From the NCBI GenBank assembly GCA_001661245.1, contig KV454016.1:495381-559380 (forward strand): DNA of 64,000 nt, in the 5' to 3' direction. The notes beneath the pieces were generated by a model, which did no database searches, was not told the origin of the DNA, and saw nothing but the letters and a program-made list of their open reading frames with translations. This stretch comes from Pachysolen tannophilus NRRL Y-2460 (taxonomy: Eukaryota). The position numbers and the translations under genes are program-made. Of the stretch, positions 1 to 11,834 are shown in pieces; the first letter of the stretch is position 1, and each line of letters starts with the position of its first letter.

Positions 1-1332
1 AACAACAAAAATATAGTCTAATAATCCTCTCCATGCATGAGCCCAATTACTGAAAATAGGTTCACCTTTATTATTATCTGTATTTTCTCCATGAACATAC
101 TTATATGCAACTGAATAGAGAGATATGACTCTCATATCCAAAGAATTGTGTAAATTCGTAACATCTTGAACCATTTGCTGTTGTTCAGGAGTAGCTTTAA
201 AACTCTCAGGAACTGGATCTTTTGGTTGATTTTCTCCAACTAATTCAATATTTTCCTCTTTTTCTTCATCAATCCCAGTACCTCTCAATTGTGAAAATTG
301 AAACGCAGTAGAACAAGATATCACGGTCCTGCACCTACTATCATACGATACAGGTTTTTCCGTTATCGACAAGTATGGAGCATCATACGGCTGTGAATTG
401 AAATCTCCTGCTGCAAACTTGAACCAACATTCGTCTGTGGTCTGATGCAAAACGTTGACTCTATGAATAAATTCTTTATATTTCTTTAACATAATATAAG
501 TCTGTAATGTTCTTGTGAATGTTCCAAAAGGATGCCAAAACAAATGAGTAGTGAAAACCATACATCCTTTCTTTGTGGACTTGGGAAACTGTCTTTTAAT
601 TGAATCTTGAAATTCCAATGCCAATATCAATCCAACGTTTGTTGATAAGGTAACTTGCTCAACATTTCCAGTACTTTCTTTATCATAATCTATGTGACAA
701 ATATCAATGCACTTGAACAAATCTGATCTATAAAAAATTGCAATTCCATGATTCTTCACTCCACTTCTATAATATTGATTGTCATAACCCAAATTTTTCA
801 TTCTTTCTTTCCAAAAAGAATTATATTGCGTAAAATCAACTTCTTGAAGACATAGTATATCGCAATTATAGTACTTTAACTCATTCAATAAAACTTGGGA
901 TCTTCTAGACCATTTCAACGCATTCCCATTTGTCGGGAATAACGTCCGACGAATTAAAGCTTGAGCTAATAAATTGTATGTCATGATTTTAACATTCAAA
1001 TTCTCAATGCCCTTTTCATCATCATCTTTTCCACGGTTCGGATGAGGAATTGGTAAAACATTCCTTGTGATAAATCGTAAATAATCAGGAGTATCTATCT
1101 GAGAAATATCAATACCTTTGGCAACCATCTCAGCCAATTTTTTTTCCTTGGCAGCATTCCGAAGAGCTCTCTGTTGCTCTATGTATTCCGGTGTCAAAGT
1201 TTCTGGTCTTCTTTTACCATTTTTCTTTTGTTTCTGCTTGTCTTTTTTATTACCCTTTTGAACCGCTACAACTTCATTATCAATTGATGAATCCTGCAGA
1301 GCATCAGCAATTCCATTCACACCTTGGTTCAT
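1..1332 (-). CDS. NGL2: Ngl-family (Ccr4-like EEP) RNA nuclease, 3' end runs off the window
   Basis: Not in the ORF track because it is truncated. ATG at 1332 (MNQGVNG...). The frame contains MTYNLLAQALIRRTLFPTNGNALKW, LCLQEVD and FSNWAHAWRGLLDYIF. NGL2 versus NGL3 cannot be resolved. Confidence 0.85.
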   Translation of the reverse strand, partial: MNQGVNGIADALQDSSIDNEVVAVQKGNKKDKQKQKKNGKRRPETLTPEYIEQQRALRNAAKEKKLAEMVAKGIDISQIDTPDYLRFITRNVLPIPHPNRGKDDDEKGIENLNVKIMTYNLLAQALIRRTLFPTNGNALKWSRRSQVLLNELKYYNCDILCLQEVDFTQYNSFWKERMKNLGYDNQYYRSGVKNHGIAIFYRSDLFKCIDICHIDYDKESTGNVEQVTLSTNVGLILALEFQDSIKRQFPKSTKKGCMVFTTHLFWHPFGTFTRTLQTYIMLKKYKEFIHRVNVLHQTTDECWFKFAAGDFNSQPYDAPYLSITEKPVSYDSRCRTVISCSTAFQFSQLRGTGIDEEKEENIELVGENQPKDPVPESFKATPEQQQMVQDVTNLHNSLDMRVISLYSVAYKYVHGENTDNNKGEPIFSNWAHAWRGLLDYIFVV

Positions 1333-1680
1333 TCCTGAATTCTAGTAACTCTACTGTAGAAATATGAAAAGAAAATAAATTATAATACAATAAAATTACA
1401 ACGTCTTTTTAAACTATGTGAAAAAAAATGAAAAAAAAAAAAAAAAATGATAAAGAGAAAAATTGCATCTTAAAATCACATCTTTTAACCAATCGATAAG
1501 TTTTCAAAGGTTTAAAAAAATGCTTACAATCATCATCTACCGCTTTTATCTATTGGGATAGGGGAAGAGACATGACATATTTATATTAGAGAAGATCATT
1601 GAACAGAAATTACAAAAAAGAATTATGCAAAGTATTTGCATAAAATGATATAAAACAAAAGAAAATAAACCATAAGTTCG

Positions 1681-3996
1681 CTAGCTATTTTTCTGTAGCC
1701 TTGCTAAGGCTTCTAGCAAGTTAGCAGTATTAGCTTGTCCTCCCTGTTGACGATTCCTACTGTTTTGAGGTTGTTGTGGAAGAGGAGGTTGCTGCTGGTA
1801 GCCACCATACAGCTGATTTTGTGGAGGAGGAGGAGTAGGTTGCTGGTAACCACTGTATTGTTGAGGAGCTTGCAGTTGTTGATAACCACCATATTGCTGT
1901 TGTGGAGGTTGCGGCAGCAGCTGGTTATAGCCGCCAAAATTCTGTTGCGGATGACCTTGAGGAGGAGATTGCTGAGACTGTAATAAAGATAAGACACTCT
2001 GTAAAGTATTAGGATCAATATTTTGTAATTGTGATAAAACATTAGGATCAACTTGTGGTTGCAGAGGTGGTTGCAGTTGCTGTTGAACAGGAGTGTAAGA
2101 AGAAGATGGTTGATAAAATTGAGAGTTAGGAGGTTGATATTGGTTACTCTGATGAGGATTAAAATTACCTCTGCCTCTTGTTGTAGTTCTTCCTCTAACA
2201 GTTCTACCTCTGTTATTATTATTATTATTGATATTATTACCTCTCCCGTTGTAATGGTCTCTTTGTTCATAGGATTGATATTGATTTTGCAGAGTAGAAA
2301 TTGGGCCTCTTTTAGCTCTTGCGGCAGCTAAAATGTTCATTGCTTCTTCAATAGTTATATTGGCATATTCGTCAAATCTTATTCCTCCGTCTGCAGTTTT
2401 TTCAAACGTTTTAACATTTAAATCGTTATCGTTAATGACCAAGACAGCCATTACACCAGCATAGGCGGCATCATTACCTGCACTTTCAACATCTTGAACA
2501 TGGTCAACTTTATAAACGATATTTTCATTTTTCAAAGTCTTCATAACTTTCCTTATAAATAATGGAGGTACATTAGGTAGGGGGAAAACTTGACATTCAG
2601 GAAAAGAATTTGTAGATGATGAAGTTACTGAGGAAGCTGAGGCATCAACATTAAAGTTTCTATATGGAGACCTGGATCTCTTGACCCCAGCATGATCTCT
2701 AGAACGGGCTGGAGATCTAGATCTATCTCTTCTAGAATAAGGTTGATCATCATAGTTGATATCGCCACTAGATCTCTTCCTTCTTTCTTGATATTCTCTT
2801 GCTTGTTTGATTTGAGTTTTAGAGACTTCTAGGTGTAACATTTTACCATGTAAAGGAACATTAGTTTCACCTTCTAAAGCATCATTACAAGCTTCAGCGG
2901 TGGCAAACTGAACAAACCCGTACCCAGGTTTAATACTAATTTGGATAACCTTACCATAAACACTGAATAATCTGTAAACATCTTCTTTAGAGATTGTATT
3001 AACAGGTAAATTACCTATGAATAATCTTGATCCAGCAGGAAGAGTTTCAACTTTACCAGTTCTCAGCCATTTAGTTTCTTCTGTTATAAAATTATTATAT
3101 TCTTGTTGAAATTGATAAGTCTTAGGAGCTGTTATATCGGGTCTTTTACAAAATGGATTAATAGGAACCAATGGGAAAGCAGTTTCATTTTTTTTCATAA
3201 TTTCCTTGTTGAAAGAAGTAGTTGCATGAAAATTAATTGGATGTATAATATTAGTTCCATTTTTTTTATTATATTCGGTAAGAACCACAATATTTTTTTG
3301 ATCAGGTGTTAATGTTTGAAATTGAGGATCATTCATCAAAGGACTAGTCATGAAAAATGTGATAATTTCATTAAATTGTTTAATTTTTTCTTCTTTCGAA
3401 ATAGGATTAGGGTTCCTAGAAATAGATTCTTCTTCTTCATCTTGTTGTTCTTTTTGGGAATCTAATGGAAGTTCCTGTTCTTGAACTTCTTCATGGTTAG
3501 GCGAAGCAGCAGTATTAGTAGAAGTATTAGTAATATTAGTAGTATTAGTAGTAGTACTAGTAGTATTCAGAGTAGGAGTAGCACCCGATGATTCATTTAA
3601 GCCGTTTTCGGGATCGTAGTCTTCCTCTTGTACCTGCGGTACAGAAGCAGCAGCTGTAGTATTAGTATCAGAATCGACTGGTAATGATGACGAATTCTCT
3701 TTAGGTGATTCAGGGTTATAGTCACTTTCTTCTTCTTCTTCTTCTTCTTCTTTTTCTTCTTCTTCTTCCTTTGTTTCTTTAGTTTCTTCTTCTTTTTCTT
3801 CTTCACTTTCCTGTTCTTCACTATCTGCATCAGAGTTAGAGGATTTATCAGTCAGGACTGTTTCGGATTCATTTTCATTAGTATGGTCATCATGGGCAAT
3901 GGTGGCAGTTTCAGTTTCAGCAGGAGTCGCATCAGAGACATCACTTGCATCATGCCCGAGATCATGTTGATTACTAATAGATTCTTCTTCTGACAT
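1681..3996 (-). CDS. NAB3: RNA-binding termination factor Nab3 (acidic N-terminus, single RRM, Q/P-rich tail)
   Basis: RRM SRLFIGNLP...GYGFVQF; C-terminal LLEALARLQK resembles the Nab3 terminal helix. First ATG is at 3996; the track start at 4035 is a TTG. Confidence 0.88.
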   Translation of the reverse strand: MSEEESISNQHDLGHDASDVSDATPAETETATIAHDDHTNENESETVLTDKSSNSDADSEEQESEEEKEEETKETKEEEEEKEEEEEEEESDYNPESPKENSSSLPVDSDTNTTAAASVPQVQEEDYDPENGLNESSGATPTLNTTSTTTNTTNITNTSTNTAASPNHEEVQEQELPLDSQKEQQDEEEESISRNPNPISKEEKIKQFNEIITFFMTSPLMNDPQFQTLTPDQKNIVVLTEYNKKNGTNIIHPINFHATTSFNKEIMKKNETAFPLVPINPFCKRPDITAPKTYQFQQEYNNFITEETKWLRTGKVETLPAGSRLFIGNLPVNTISKEDVYRLFSVYGKVIQISIKPGYGFVQFATAEACNDALEGETNVPLHGKMLHLEVSKTQIKQAREYQERRKRSSGDINYDDQPYSRRDRSRSPARSRDHAGVKRSRSPYRNFNVDASASSVTSSSTNSFPECQVFPLPNVPPLFIRKVMKTLKNENIVYKVDHVQDVESAGNDAAYAGVMAVLVINDNDLNVKTFEKTADGGIRFDEYANITIEEAMNILAAARAKRGPISTLQNQYQSYEQRDHYNGRGNNINNNNNNRGRTVRGRTTTRGRGNFNPHQSNQYQPPNSQFYQPSSSYTPVQQQLQPPLQPQVDPNVLSQLQNIDPNTLQSVLSLLQSQQSPPQGHPQQNFGGYNQLLPQPPQQQYGGYQQLQAPQQYSGYQQPTPPPPQNQLYGGYQQQPPLPQQPQNSRNRQQGGQANTANLLEALARLQKNS

Positions 3997-4439
3997 TTTC
4001 CCAGGTTTCTTTTTCTTTTTTTTTTTCTTCTTCAATCAATATAAAAATTTAACAAAAGAAAAAAAAACAATCTGAAATTTAAAAAAAAAAAAAAAAAATA
4101 GAAAAATTAATAGAAAAGTTTCTTTTAAAATACAGTAATAGCTCAATTGTCTTTCCAATTTAATGGATTATAAGCTAATTTCTAATTTATTCAATTCTAA
4201 TTAGATGGATTAATTAATTTTTAATTTAGTAATTAATTAATTAATAAATTAATTAAAAACAATTTATTATTACAATTTATATATTATATAACAGAATACT
4301 TTTTTTCGACAGCAGTTTTTTTTTCTTTGTTTAAAAATTTTCGTCCTTTGTGGCGGATTTCCTCAAACGGATTTTGAGCCCGTGTTGCACTACGTTTTAT
4401 TTTTCACTTTTCTATCTATAATGTTGACCAACTTATTGA

Positions 4440-6245
4440 TCAGTTGACCAATTGGTTGATCTTGTCTGTTCCTTTCATTCTTCCGGTACCTATTTCCATC
4501 TTTGCACTTTTTGCTCCAAACTGGATAGCTCTCTTTGCCTCGTCTCGGACCCATTCCATACCCAAATGAGATGCTAATTCTCTTAATAAATACTTTCTAA
4601 TGATTTCACCTGTTTGGAAATTGTAATTCAACTTCAATGACAATGGGATACATTTTGTAACGAGAGAGATTACGTTCACGTCTAGAAATGGGTATCTCAT
4701 CTCTTTGGACCATGAAGACACTATTCTGTCATCTCTTGCCAAATTGCGTGTATCGAGGTTTGTTATATCTAGTTGTAATTCCAGTTGTAAATTGTTGAAT
4801 AAGAGGGAATTGGAAATATCTGTGGGTACTTCTTGTTTTTTCTTTTTCAAGTTGCTTATAGGTGTGAATATCCTCTCGTGTCTTGTGTAACCTCCAAATA
4901 GTTCATCTGCTCCAAGTCCGCTTAATAAGACTTTACAAGTACTTAAATAGTCAACTCTATCTGCATTATTAATTTCATCTAATGATAAACCTTGATGATA
5001 ACATATTTTGCGTCCAGATCCTCTAGAAGCAAAATAAAATGCAATTGCTATTGATAAATCCATTTCTGTATCATTTGGGTATATCAATTGAATAACTCTA
5101 GGTTTATGTTGCAAATATTCTTCATATGGAATATCAATTTCAATTAATTGAAAATTGATTTTTTCATTATAAAATATTTTAGATAAATTTAACCAATTCT
5201 TTAAAGATAATTTTCTATCTGGTGTTTCAGAAGGTTTTAAATTCGTTCTTGGATTGAAAAATGAAACATTTAAAAGATCAATCGCAGTTCCAGGTTTAGA
5301 TATTTTTGCTGCTAAATATGCTAATATAGTACAATCTAATCCACCACTAAATAAAATTGCAAAATTAGATGATGATCCATGTAGGGGGAAAATATTCTTA
5401 ATTCTTGATTCTACTGAAATATTCAATTCATCATTCAATAACGATAATAATTTCTTGGTTTCTTCTTCTGATGCAAAATGAGTACCATTGACCACAAAAT
5501 CATTTGGTAAATACTCAGAATCATTGTAACTAATTTTTTTCAATTGCTTATTGTCAATATGAAAAATGTAAACACTGGCATTTTCACACTCTTGGAAAAT
5601 CAACTTACAATCGCAAACAGGGAAACAACTTGATATATATAATTGCAGTGTTTTTTCACAAATTGAATAACTTAACGATTTTTTACCCAATATATCTTTA
5701 CCAAAATAAATTTTTTTACTCAATTTATCATATATACAGTAAGCAAATTCACCTTCTAAAATCCCAATTACTTGTAAAATTCCATTCGTTATATCATTTT
5801 CATCTCCATCCATGGATAATGAGTTTAACTTGTTAAATATGAACTCAGTATCATTCTTATGATTATCACCATTGATCTGTTCATTATATAACTCTCCATT
5901 AAACTGTACTATAAAACGAGATGTCTCACTGGTCAAAGGTTGCTTTGTGAACGGTGAACGTAATGACAACACCGATGAAAACATTTCCAATTGTCCTCCA
6001 TCATCATTATCTATATCGAATTTATCATAACCAGCAAAATCTGAACCCCTTGATAAAATCTTTGGCACTAACGATTCGAAAATGTGATTGCAAGATTTAA
6101 ATTGTTCATGAGATTGATCATCTCCTAAACTTGAAAGACTTGCTGAAAAATCTTCTTCCAAAACCTTTTTAATATCTATATTGTTATAATCAACATCATA
6201 ATCAACGATTCTTTCCAGTGAATAATGTAATAGTATACCGCACAT
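4440..6245 (-). CDS. Asparagine synthetase domain-containing protein (YML096W/ASNSD1-like)
   Basis: MCGI N-terminus (Ntn hydrolase), FNGELYN, LFSGGLDC, LSGLGADELFGGY, KRAIQFG. Confidence 0.88.
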   Translation of the reverse strand: MCGILLHYSLERIVDYDVDYNNIDIKKVLEEDFSASLSSLGDDQSHEQFKSCNHIFESLVPKILSRGSDFAGYDKFDIDNDDGGQLEMFSSVLSLRSPFTKQPLTSETSRFIVQFNGELYNEQINGDNHKNDTEFIFNKLNSLSMDGDENDITNGILQVIGILEGEFAYCIYDKLSKKIYFGKDILGKKSLSYSICEKTLQLYISSCFPVCDCKLIFQECENASVYIFHIDNKQLKKISYNDSEYLPNDFVVNGTHFASEEETKKLLSLLNDELNISVESRIKNIFPLHGSSSNFAILFSGGLDCTILAYLAAKISKPGTAIDLLNVSFFNPRTNLKPSETPDRKLSLKNWLNLSKIFYNEKINFQLIEIDIPYEEYLQHKPRVIQLIYPNDTEMDLSIAIAFYFASRGSGRKICYHQGLSLDEINNADRVDYLSTCKVLLSGLGADELFGGYTRHERIFTPISNLKKKKQEVPTDISNSLLFNNLQLELQLDITNLDTRNLARDDRIVSSWSKEMRYPFLDVNVISLVTKCIPLSLKLNYNFQTGEIIRKYLLRELASHLGMEWVRDEAKRAIQFGAKSAKMEIGTGRMKGTDKINQLVN

Positions 6246-6358
6246 GATATTGTCATGATATTATCATGGAATCATCACATCAAATTATCTTTGATTTTTC
6301 ATAATATATCTGAAAAAAAAAAATAAAAAAATAAAATTTTTTTTTTTTGTTTTCTTTT

Positions 6359-6386
6359 AAATTTTTCATTTAAAGAACGAGATGAG
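6359..6386. promoter_or_regulatory. RRPE (AAATTTTTCA) plus PAC (GAGATGAG) motif pair upstream of the ASNSD1-like gene
   Basis: Both motifs lie 115-140 bp upstream of ATG 6245; motif match only. Confidence 0.45.
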
Positions 6387-6486
6387 ATGGATTAAAAAGA
6401 GAAGAATAAGTTTATAAATTTTTATATTCATCTATATTTAAAAGTATACAAATGGAAAGATGTTGTTGATTTAATAGCAGGTTTGT

Positions 6487-7890
6487 TCATAATCCATTAT
6501 TTTTGTTTAAAGATCTGTTGATTTTGGCGTAAAAGTTACTCAAATTTGAATATGGGAAAGTTAAATTATCCAAAAGATATTCTGGTAGTACTTTATGTAA
6601 TTTTGCCAAATTCTCTTTAAAATCTTCTTCATCTTCTTCTTCATCTATTTCTGGATTATAATCACCACTTACTAAAGGAATGTAGATGATTTCATTGATA
6701 TCTTTATTTTTCAACCTGTTTATAATTAATTTATAATTTATATGAATTGTACTTTCGGTATCACTTTGTTTCATTATAAATATGAGTTGTTCTTCATTTT
6801 CAAGAAAATCTAAACAAGTCAAGTTTGTTAATAATTCTATAAAATCAAATATAACTCTAACTTGAGAATTTTGTTGCAGATTTTCTTGTTTCAATTGAAG
6901 TATCAATTCCAAATCTTCATTTTTAGAAGGGCCTGAAGATTGTATAGATCCATTTTGAGTTTTCAACTGTCTTTGTAAATCAGTAACTTGTCTTGTTAAT
7001 GATTCTATTAAATTATCAGCTTTTGCTAGTGTTTCCTCTACTTGATTTTTATAATCGTTAAATAATTGATCAATTTTCTGTTGTGAAGTAAGATCTTGCA
7101 TTAAATTTAACAACCCTTTTAAATCTTTACCCAAATAAGCTTGATTTAATGAAGATTCATAAGGAAGAACATTAGTTTCAAAATTATTTCCTGTGGATTT
7201 TTGTGCAACTGGTGATCTAAATGGACTTTGTGCTCTAGAAGGTCTCGATGGTGAAAATAACGGTATCCTTGAAGGTTTCGGTAATGTAGTTGATGCAGTT
7301 TTCTTTAAAGACAGCTTAGAATTATTAATATTTTTTGCTACCTTGAGTGGTTCTGCTTTTATCACTCCATTTCCATTTTTATTATCTTTTGTAGATTTTA
7401 ATTCTGAAGCTTGTTGTGATTTTTTCTTAGTGCCAATTTCAAAATTTTCATCAGCATCATCTAAAATTTGATTTGTCCTTTTAGCATCATTAAACAATTT
7501 TTTATTCAGCTTTTTACCATCATCAATAGAAGAATCTCTCGACTTGGTACGCCGCCTAGAACTTTTCTTGTTTCCATATCGTTGAACTTCTTCTTCTTCT
7601 TCTTCTTCTTCATCATCATCATCTTTTTCTTCTCCTTGCATGCTAGTATCAATCACAGATAACTGATCAACTAAACTCAACTCTGGAGAAGCATTCACCT
7701 TACTAGCAGTATTCTTAGACCGAGTTCTCCTAGCTGGCGATGAAACATCTTCTTGGTCAACAGAAGCTTTAGTAATTTTCTTCTTCTTCTTCAGTTGTGA
7801 CAACGATTCTATTTTCGATTGCGATTGCGATTGCGACTCCAATTTAGAAGGTGAGCCAATACTCGAAGTTGTCTTTCTCTTTGGCAGCAT
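6487..7890 (-). CDS. CSM1: Monopolin subunit Csm1/Pcs1 with long basic N-terminal extension
   Basis: Coiled coil followed by C-terminal LPEYLLDNLTFPYSNLSNFYAKINRSL, resembling the Csm1 RWD-domain end. Confidence 0.75.
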   Translation of the reverse strand: MLPKRKTTSSIGSPSKLESQSQSQSKIESLSQLKKKKKITKASVDQEDVSSPARRTRSKNTASKVNASPELSLVDQLSVIDTSMQGEEKDDDDEEEEEEEEVQRYGNKKSSRRRTKSRDSSIDDGKKLNKKLFNDAKRTNQILDDADENFEIGTKKKSQQASELKSTKDNKNGNGVIKAEPLKVAKNINNSKLSLKKTASTTLPKPSRIPLFSPSRPSRAQSPFRSPVAQKSTGNNFETNVLPYESSLNQAYLGKDLKGLLNLMQDLTSQQKIDQLFNDYKNQVEETLAKADNLIESLTRQVTDLQRQLKTQNGSIQSSGPSKNEDLELILQLKQENLQQNSQVRVIFDFIELLTNLTCLDFLENEEQLIFIMKQSDTESTIHINYKLIINRLKNKDINEIIYIPLVSGDYNPEIDEEEDEEDFKENLAKLHKVLPEYLLDNLTFPYSNLSNFYAKINRSLNKNNGL

Positions 7891-7918
7891 ATCAATTCAA
7901 GAACTCAAACAATCCTAA

Positions 7919-7924
7919 ACGCGT
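7919..7924. promoter_or_regulatory. MCB element (ACGCGT) in the CSM1/FIG4 divergent promoter
   Basis: Exact ACGCGT in a 205-bp AT-rich spacer; it is very close to the CSM1 ATG. Confidence 0.35.
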
Positions 7925-8095
7925 TCTATTAAAGGTATTAAACCTCTTAAAAGATTTAATTTCTTTTCGTCTTTGTTTACCTTATTAAAAAGATGAATAA
8001 AAAAATATAAAAAAAATAAATAAAAAAATAAAAGAAAAATTATATGGTGTGCAAAACAGTTATAGTTGATATTAATATGGTATGGGCGGTACAAG

Positions 8096-11000
8096 ATGGA
8101 TCAGGTTAGAGAGGAAAGTAGCCATATGGCAGAGCTCGGTGATGATGCTAATGATGATCTTCATCAGCAGCAGCAACAACAACAACAGCAACAGCAGCAG
8201 CAGCAGCGTCATCATAAACAGGTGACTTATAACAAACCTCGTAAATTGATGCTTACTAAATTTACAATATATGTCACCAATCAGAGGATGTACGTGGTTG
8301 GTAGTAATAACAGAGAGACGATGTTTAGGATTTTGGAGATTGAATTGACTCAGCCGAATGATCAAAGGAAAGAATTGTCAATCATTGAGGATAACGTTTT
8401 TTTCACAAGAAATGAAATTATGGGTGTATTAAGTGGATTAGAAGAAAGTAGTGAAGGTGGATTGACCAAGAAATTAACTGCTGATGGTTTGTTGGGGTTT
8501 ATCAGGTTTACTCTGAATTGGTATTTATGTGTTATTACAAAGAGAAGTATTGTTGCGATATTGGGTGGGCATTATCTTTATCATATTGACGATACAGAAT
8601 TAATACCTGTGTGTAATAATTATAAAAAACCGGATAAATATAGTGAAGAAGCTAGATATTTATTAACTTTCCAAAGTTTAGATTTAAGCAAGACTTTTTA
8701 TTATAGTTATACTTATGATTTAACAAATACTTTACAAAAAAATTTCTTGAGAAATAAAGAACAATCATTAAGTGAAAAGGAAAATATTAATTTTGAATTC
8801 AACGAAATGTATGTTTGGAATTCATCATTATTGAAACCTGTATTGGCTTCATTTGATAGAACTTATGATTGGTTTCGACCAATTGTTCATGGATTTATTG
8901 ATCAGGCTAATGTCTCGATTTTTGATGGTCAAATATATATAACTTTAATAGCAAGAAGATCTCATCATTTTGCGGGTGCTCGTTTTTTGAAAAGAGGTGT
9001 CAATGATCAGGGAAATGTTGCTAATGAAGTTGAAACAGAACAAATTGTAAGTGATATGTTAATTAGTTCTTTCCATGATCCAAGAGGTGGATTTTATAAT
9101 AATCCAAGATATACTTCTTATGTCCAGCACCGTGGCTCGATCCCATTATTTTGGTCTCAAGAAACTGGTTCAAATATCAAATTACCTACAAAACCTCCAA
9201 TAAATATCAATGTTGTTGATCCTTTCTATAGCGCTGCAGCATTGCATTTTGATGATTTATTCAAAAGATATGGTTCGCCTGTTTTAATTTTAAACTTGAT
9301 AAAACAAAGAGAAAGAACTCCAAGAGAAACAAAATTGTTAAAAAATTTTGAAGAATGTATCAATTATTTGAATCTTTTCTTACCAAATGAGAAAAAATTA
9401 AATTATACCGCATGGGATATGTCAAGAGCATCTAAAAGTCATGGTCAAGACGTTATTGAATATTTGGAAAATTATGCAGATGAAACGTTGAATACTACAA
9501 AATTTTTCCACAATGGATTATCTCTTGCTACAACAAAATTACAACAAGGTATTTGTCGTACCAATTGCATTGACTGTTTGGATCGTACAAATGCAGCACA
9601 GTTCATTATAGGTAAAAGAGCTTTAGGATACCAGTTGTACTCTTTGGGAATCATTGATGATGTTTATCTTGAATATGATTGTGATGTTGTCAATATATTA
9701 ACAGAAATGTTTCATGATCATGGTGATACAATAGCTTTACAATATGGTGGTTCACACTTAGTCAACACAATGGAAACTTATAGAAAAATAAATCAATGGT
9801 CTTCTCATTCAAGAGATATGATTGAAACTATTAAAAGATTTTATTCAAATTCATTTGTTGATGCTCAGAGACAAGAGGCCATTAATTTATTTCTAGGTAA
9901 TTATGTTTGGGAAAAAGGTTTACCAATGTTATGGGATTTAAACACTGATTATTATTTGCACAATGATTTTGTTGGAGCTAATTTGAAATATAAACCAAGT
10001 TATACTCACTGGTATACTGATTATAATTTAGTAGATTTTGATAAGAAAATTGATAAATTTTTACAAAAAAGGACAGAGCAAGAAAATAAAAAGAAAATTA
10101 TCAAAATTGATAAGGAAAATGAAACTATAATTAAGAAAATTGAACCTTATCAAGGGTTTTTCGATAATTATTTTAATGAATTATATATCCCAAGGACTTT
10201 GACAAGTTTAAAAGAAGTATTTGAATACAATATGAATTCCACTTTGAGATATATTCTGAGAGAAGGCAATAATAATTCACCTTCAAGTCCTTCTAGAAAA
10301 GAAGATTTTTATTTTGATAACAAAAAAAGAGACAAGTCTAGTAGAAGAAATAGTTTGTTAAACTATTATGATCTTACTTCACCTTTTGAGACAAGGAAAC
10401 CTCAGTTAATAAATCACAAATTGAAACATCAAAGGAAGGAAAAATTTATGAATAAAGATGAAAATGAAAAATTTGAAAAAGTTTTGCAAAATCATTTCAT
10501 TGATGATGATGATGAACTTGAAATATTAATAAAACATGCAAGTTGTTTATTTGATAATTCTGAAAATAAATATATTTATAATCGATTGAATTTGGAAAAA
10601 ATTTTGAATGATATAATTCGGAGTTTGAAAAAGGATAGTAAAATAAGTAATGATAAAAATGAATTACCAGTATTTGACTACCTGAAGAATATTAGATCAA
10701 ATAATAATTTTAATACAAATGGGTTCTACAATTTTGATGTAATCCCTGGTAAACTTGCTAATGACAATAAACTCAACAAGTTTTCAGATTACAAAAAATC
10801 AAAACTGGAGAATATTGATGATAATGAGGCACTTGATAAAATATATCAATTTCAAAGATTGTATACTTATCAACATTTAAATGAAGGTGTATTAAATGTC
10901 AACCTGGATGATGAATCTATATATAGTAGTACATTTGAGTTTCTTGACAATATTCCAATTGTTGATGAAACTTTAAAGGAAAGACATAAGAATGGGAACG

Positions 11001-11674
11001 ATAATATTGATATGGATTATGATTTTTATGAAAAATATGAAGTTTCAAATTTGAAAACATTAAACAATTTTATATCACCAAGTGATACAAGCATGGGAGA
11101 TTATGGTGATATGATGGATAGCACATCTTATTTGAATGATAATTATTTTGGGTATGGAGATGATTCCAAAAATTCTATAGGTAACGATTATCTATATAAA
11201 AACAGAGGCAATGGATTACTTCACTCAAATGAAGTCTTGATGAACAGTACTAACGTTGAAGATGAAGAAAAAATAAATTATATTGGTGGTTTATCTCCAA
11301 GAGGTGCTTATAAAGATACTGCAAATTCTGTTATCACTTCTTTGAAATTTTATGATCAATTCCCAGCTCCTGAAGAAGAAGAAAAAAGCGGTAGTAATTG
11401 GATTACAGATAATATATTGAGTGAATTGCATAATAATAGTGGTGGGAACACAGAAGTTTCTGGGGATATAACAACCGATATTAACGATGATGGAAATGTT
11501 GATGATACAGTTGTTTTTAAAAGTTCTGAAACCAAGCATAGTTCAAACGAAAACAGTAATGGTAATAATAATAATAATAATAATAATGATAATAATAATC
11601 AGGGTAACGAAGAAAATACAGCTGGCAAAGATTGGGTCAATAAGGAAGGTAAAATTGATGTTTTAGTTGATTGA
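8096..11674 (+). CDS. FIG4: PI(3,5)P2 5-phosphatase Fig4 (Sac domain)
   Basis: [28 protein letters not shown], catalytic [12 protein letters not shown]; first in-frame ATG at 8096. Confidence 0.93.
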   Translation: MDQVREESSHMAELGDDANDDLHQQQQQQQQQQQQQQRHHKQVTYNKPRKLMLTKFTIYVTNQRMYVVGSNNRETMFRILEIELTQPNDQRKELSIIEDNVFFTRNEIMGVLSGLEESSEGGLTKKLTADGLLGFIRFTLNWYLCVITKRSIVAILGGHYLYHIDDTELIPVCNNYKKPDKYSEEARYLLTFQSLDLSKTFYYSYTYDLTNTLQKNFLRNKEQSLSEKENINFEFNEMYVWNSSLLKPVLASFDRTYDWFRPIVHGFIDQANVSIFDGQIYITLIARRSHHFAGARFLKRGVNDQGNVANEVETEQIVSDMLISSFHDPRGGFYNNPRYTSYVQHRGSIPLFWSQETGSNIKLPTKPPININVVDPFYSAAALHFDDLFKRYGSPVLILNLIKQRERTPRETKLLKNFEECINYLNLFLPNEKKLNYTAWDMSRASKSHGQDVIEYLENYADETLNTTKFFHNGLSLATTKLQQGICRTNCIDCLDRTNAAQFIIGKRALGYQLYSLGIIDDVYLEYDCDVVNILTEMFHDHGDTIALQYGGSHLVNTMETYRKINQWSSHSRDMIETIKRFYSNSFVDAQRQEAINLFLGNYVWEKGLPMLWDLNTDYYLHNDFVGANLKYKPSYTHWYTDYNLVDFDKKIDKFLQKRTEQENKKKIIKIDKENETIIKKIEPYQGFFDNYFNELYIPRTLTSLKEVFEYNMNSTLRYILREGNNNSPSSPSRKEDFYFDNKKRDKSSRRNSLLNYYDLTSPFETRKPQLINHKLKHQRKEKFMNKDENEKFEKVLQNHFIDDDDELEILIKHASCLFDNSENKYIYNRLNLEKILNDIIRSLKKDSKISNDKNELPVFDYLKNIRSNNNFNTNGFYNFDVIPGKLANDNKLNKFSDYKKSKLENIDDNEALDKIYQFQRLYTYQHLNEGVLNVNLDDESIYSSTFEFLDNIPIVDETLKERHKNGNDNIDMDYDFYEKYEVSNLKTLNNFISPSDTSMGDYGDMMDSTSYLNDNYFGYGDDSKNSIGNDYLYKNRGNGLLHSNEVLMNSTNVEDEEKINYIGGLSPRGAYKDTANSVITSLKFYDQFPAPEEEEKSGSNWITDNILSELHNNSGGNTEVSGDITTDINDDGNVDDTVVFKSSETKHSSNENSNGNNNNNNNNDNNNQGNEENTAGKDWVNKEGKIDVLVD

Positions 11675-11834
11675 ATGATGGCGTTAGATATAAATATATA
11701 CATTAGTAAAAATGGAAAAAGAAAACCCCCTATAAAAATACACCATAAGTAGAAAAAAAAAAAAAACATTCATCCCCATAACAAATATAAACTTAAAAAC
11801 TATGCTAAAAAATGGAAATAAATTTTTCTTGAAA

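Noticed and set aside
3997..4035. TTG/GTG-initiated N-terminal extensions in the ORF track (NAB3; also FIG4, ILV3, MVD1, MET12, GUS1, ARG5,6)
   Set aside because: This is a eukaryotic locus; the downstream ATGs match the expected protein starts.
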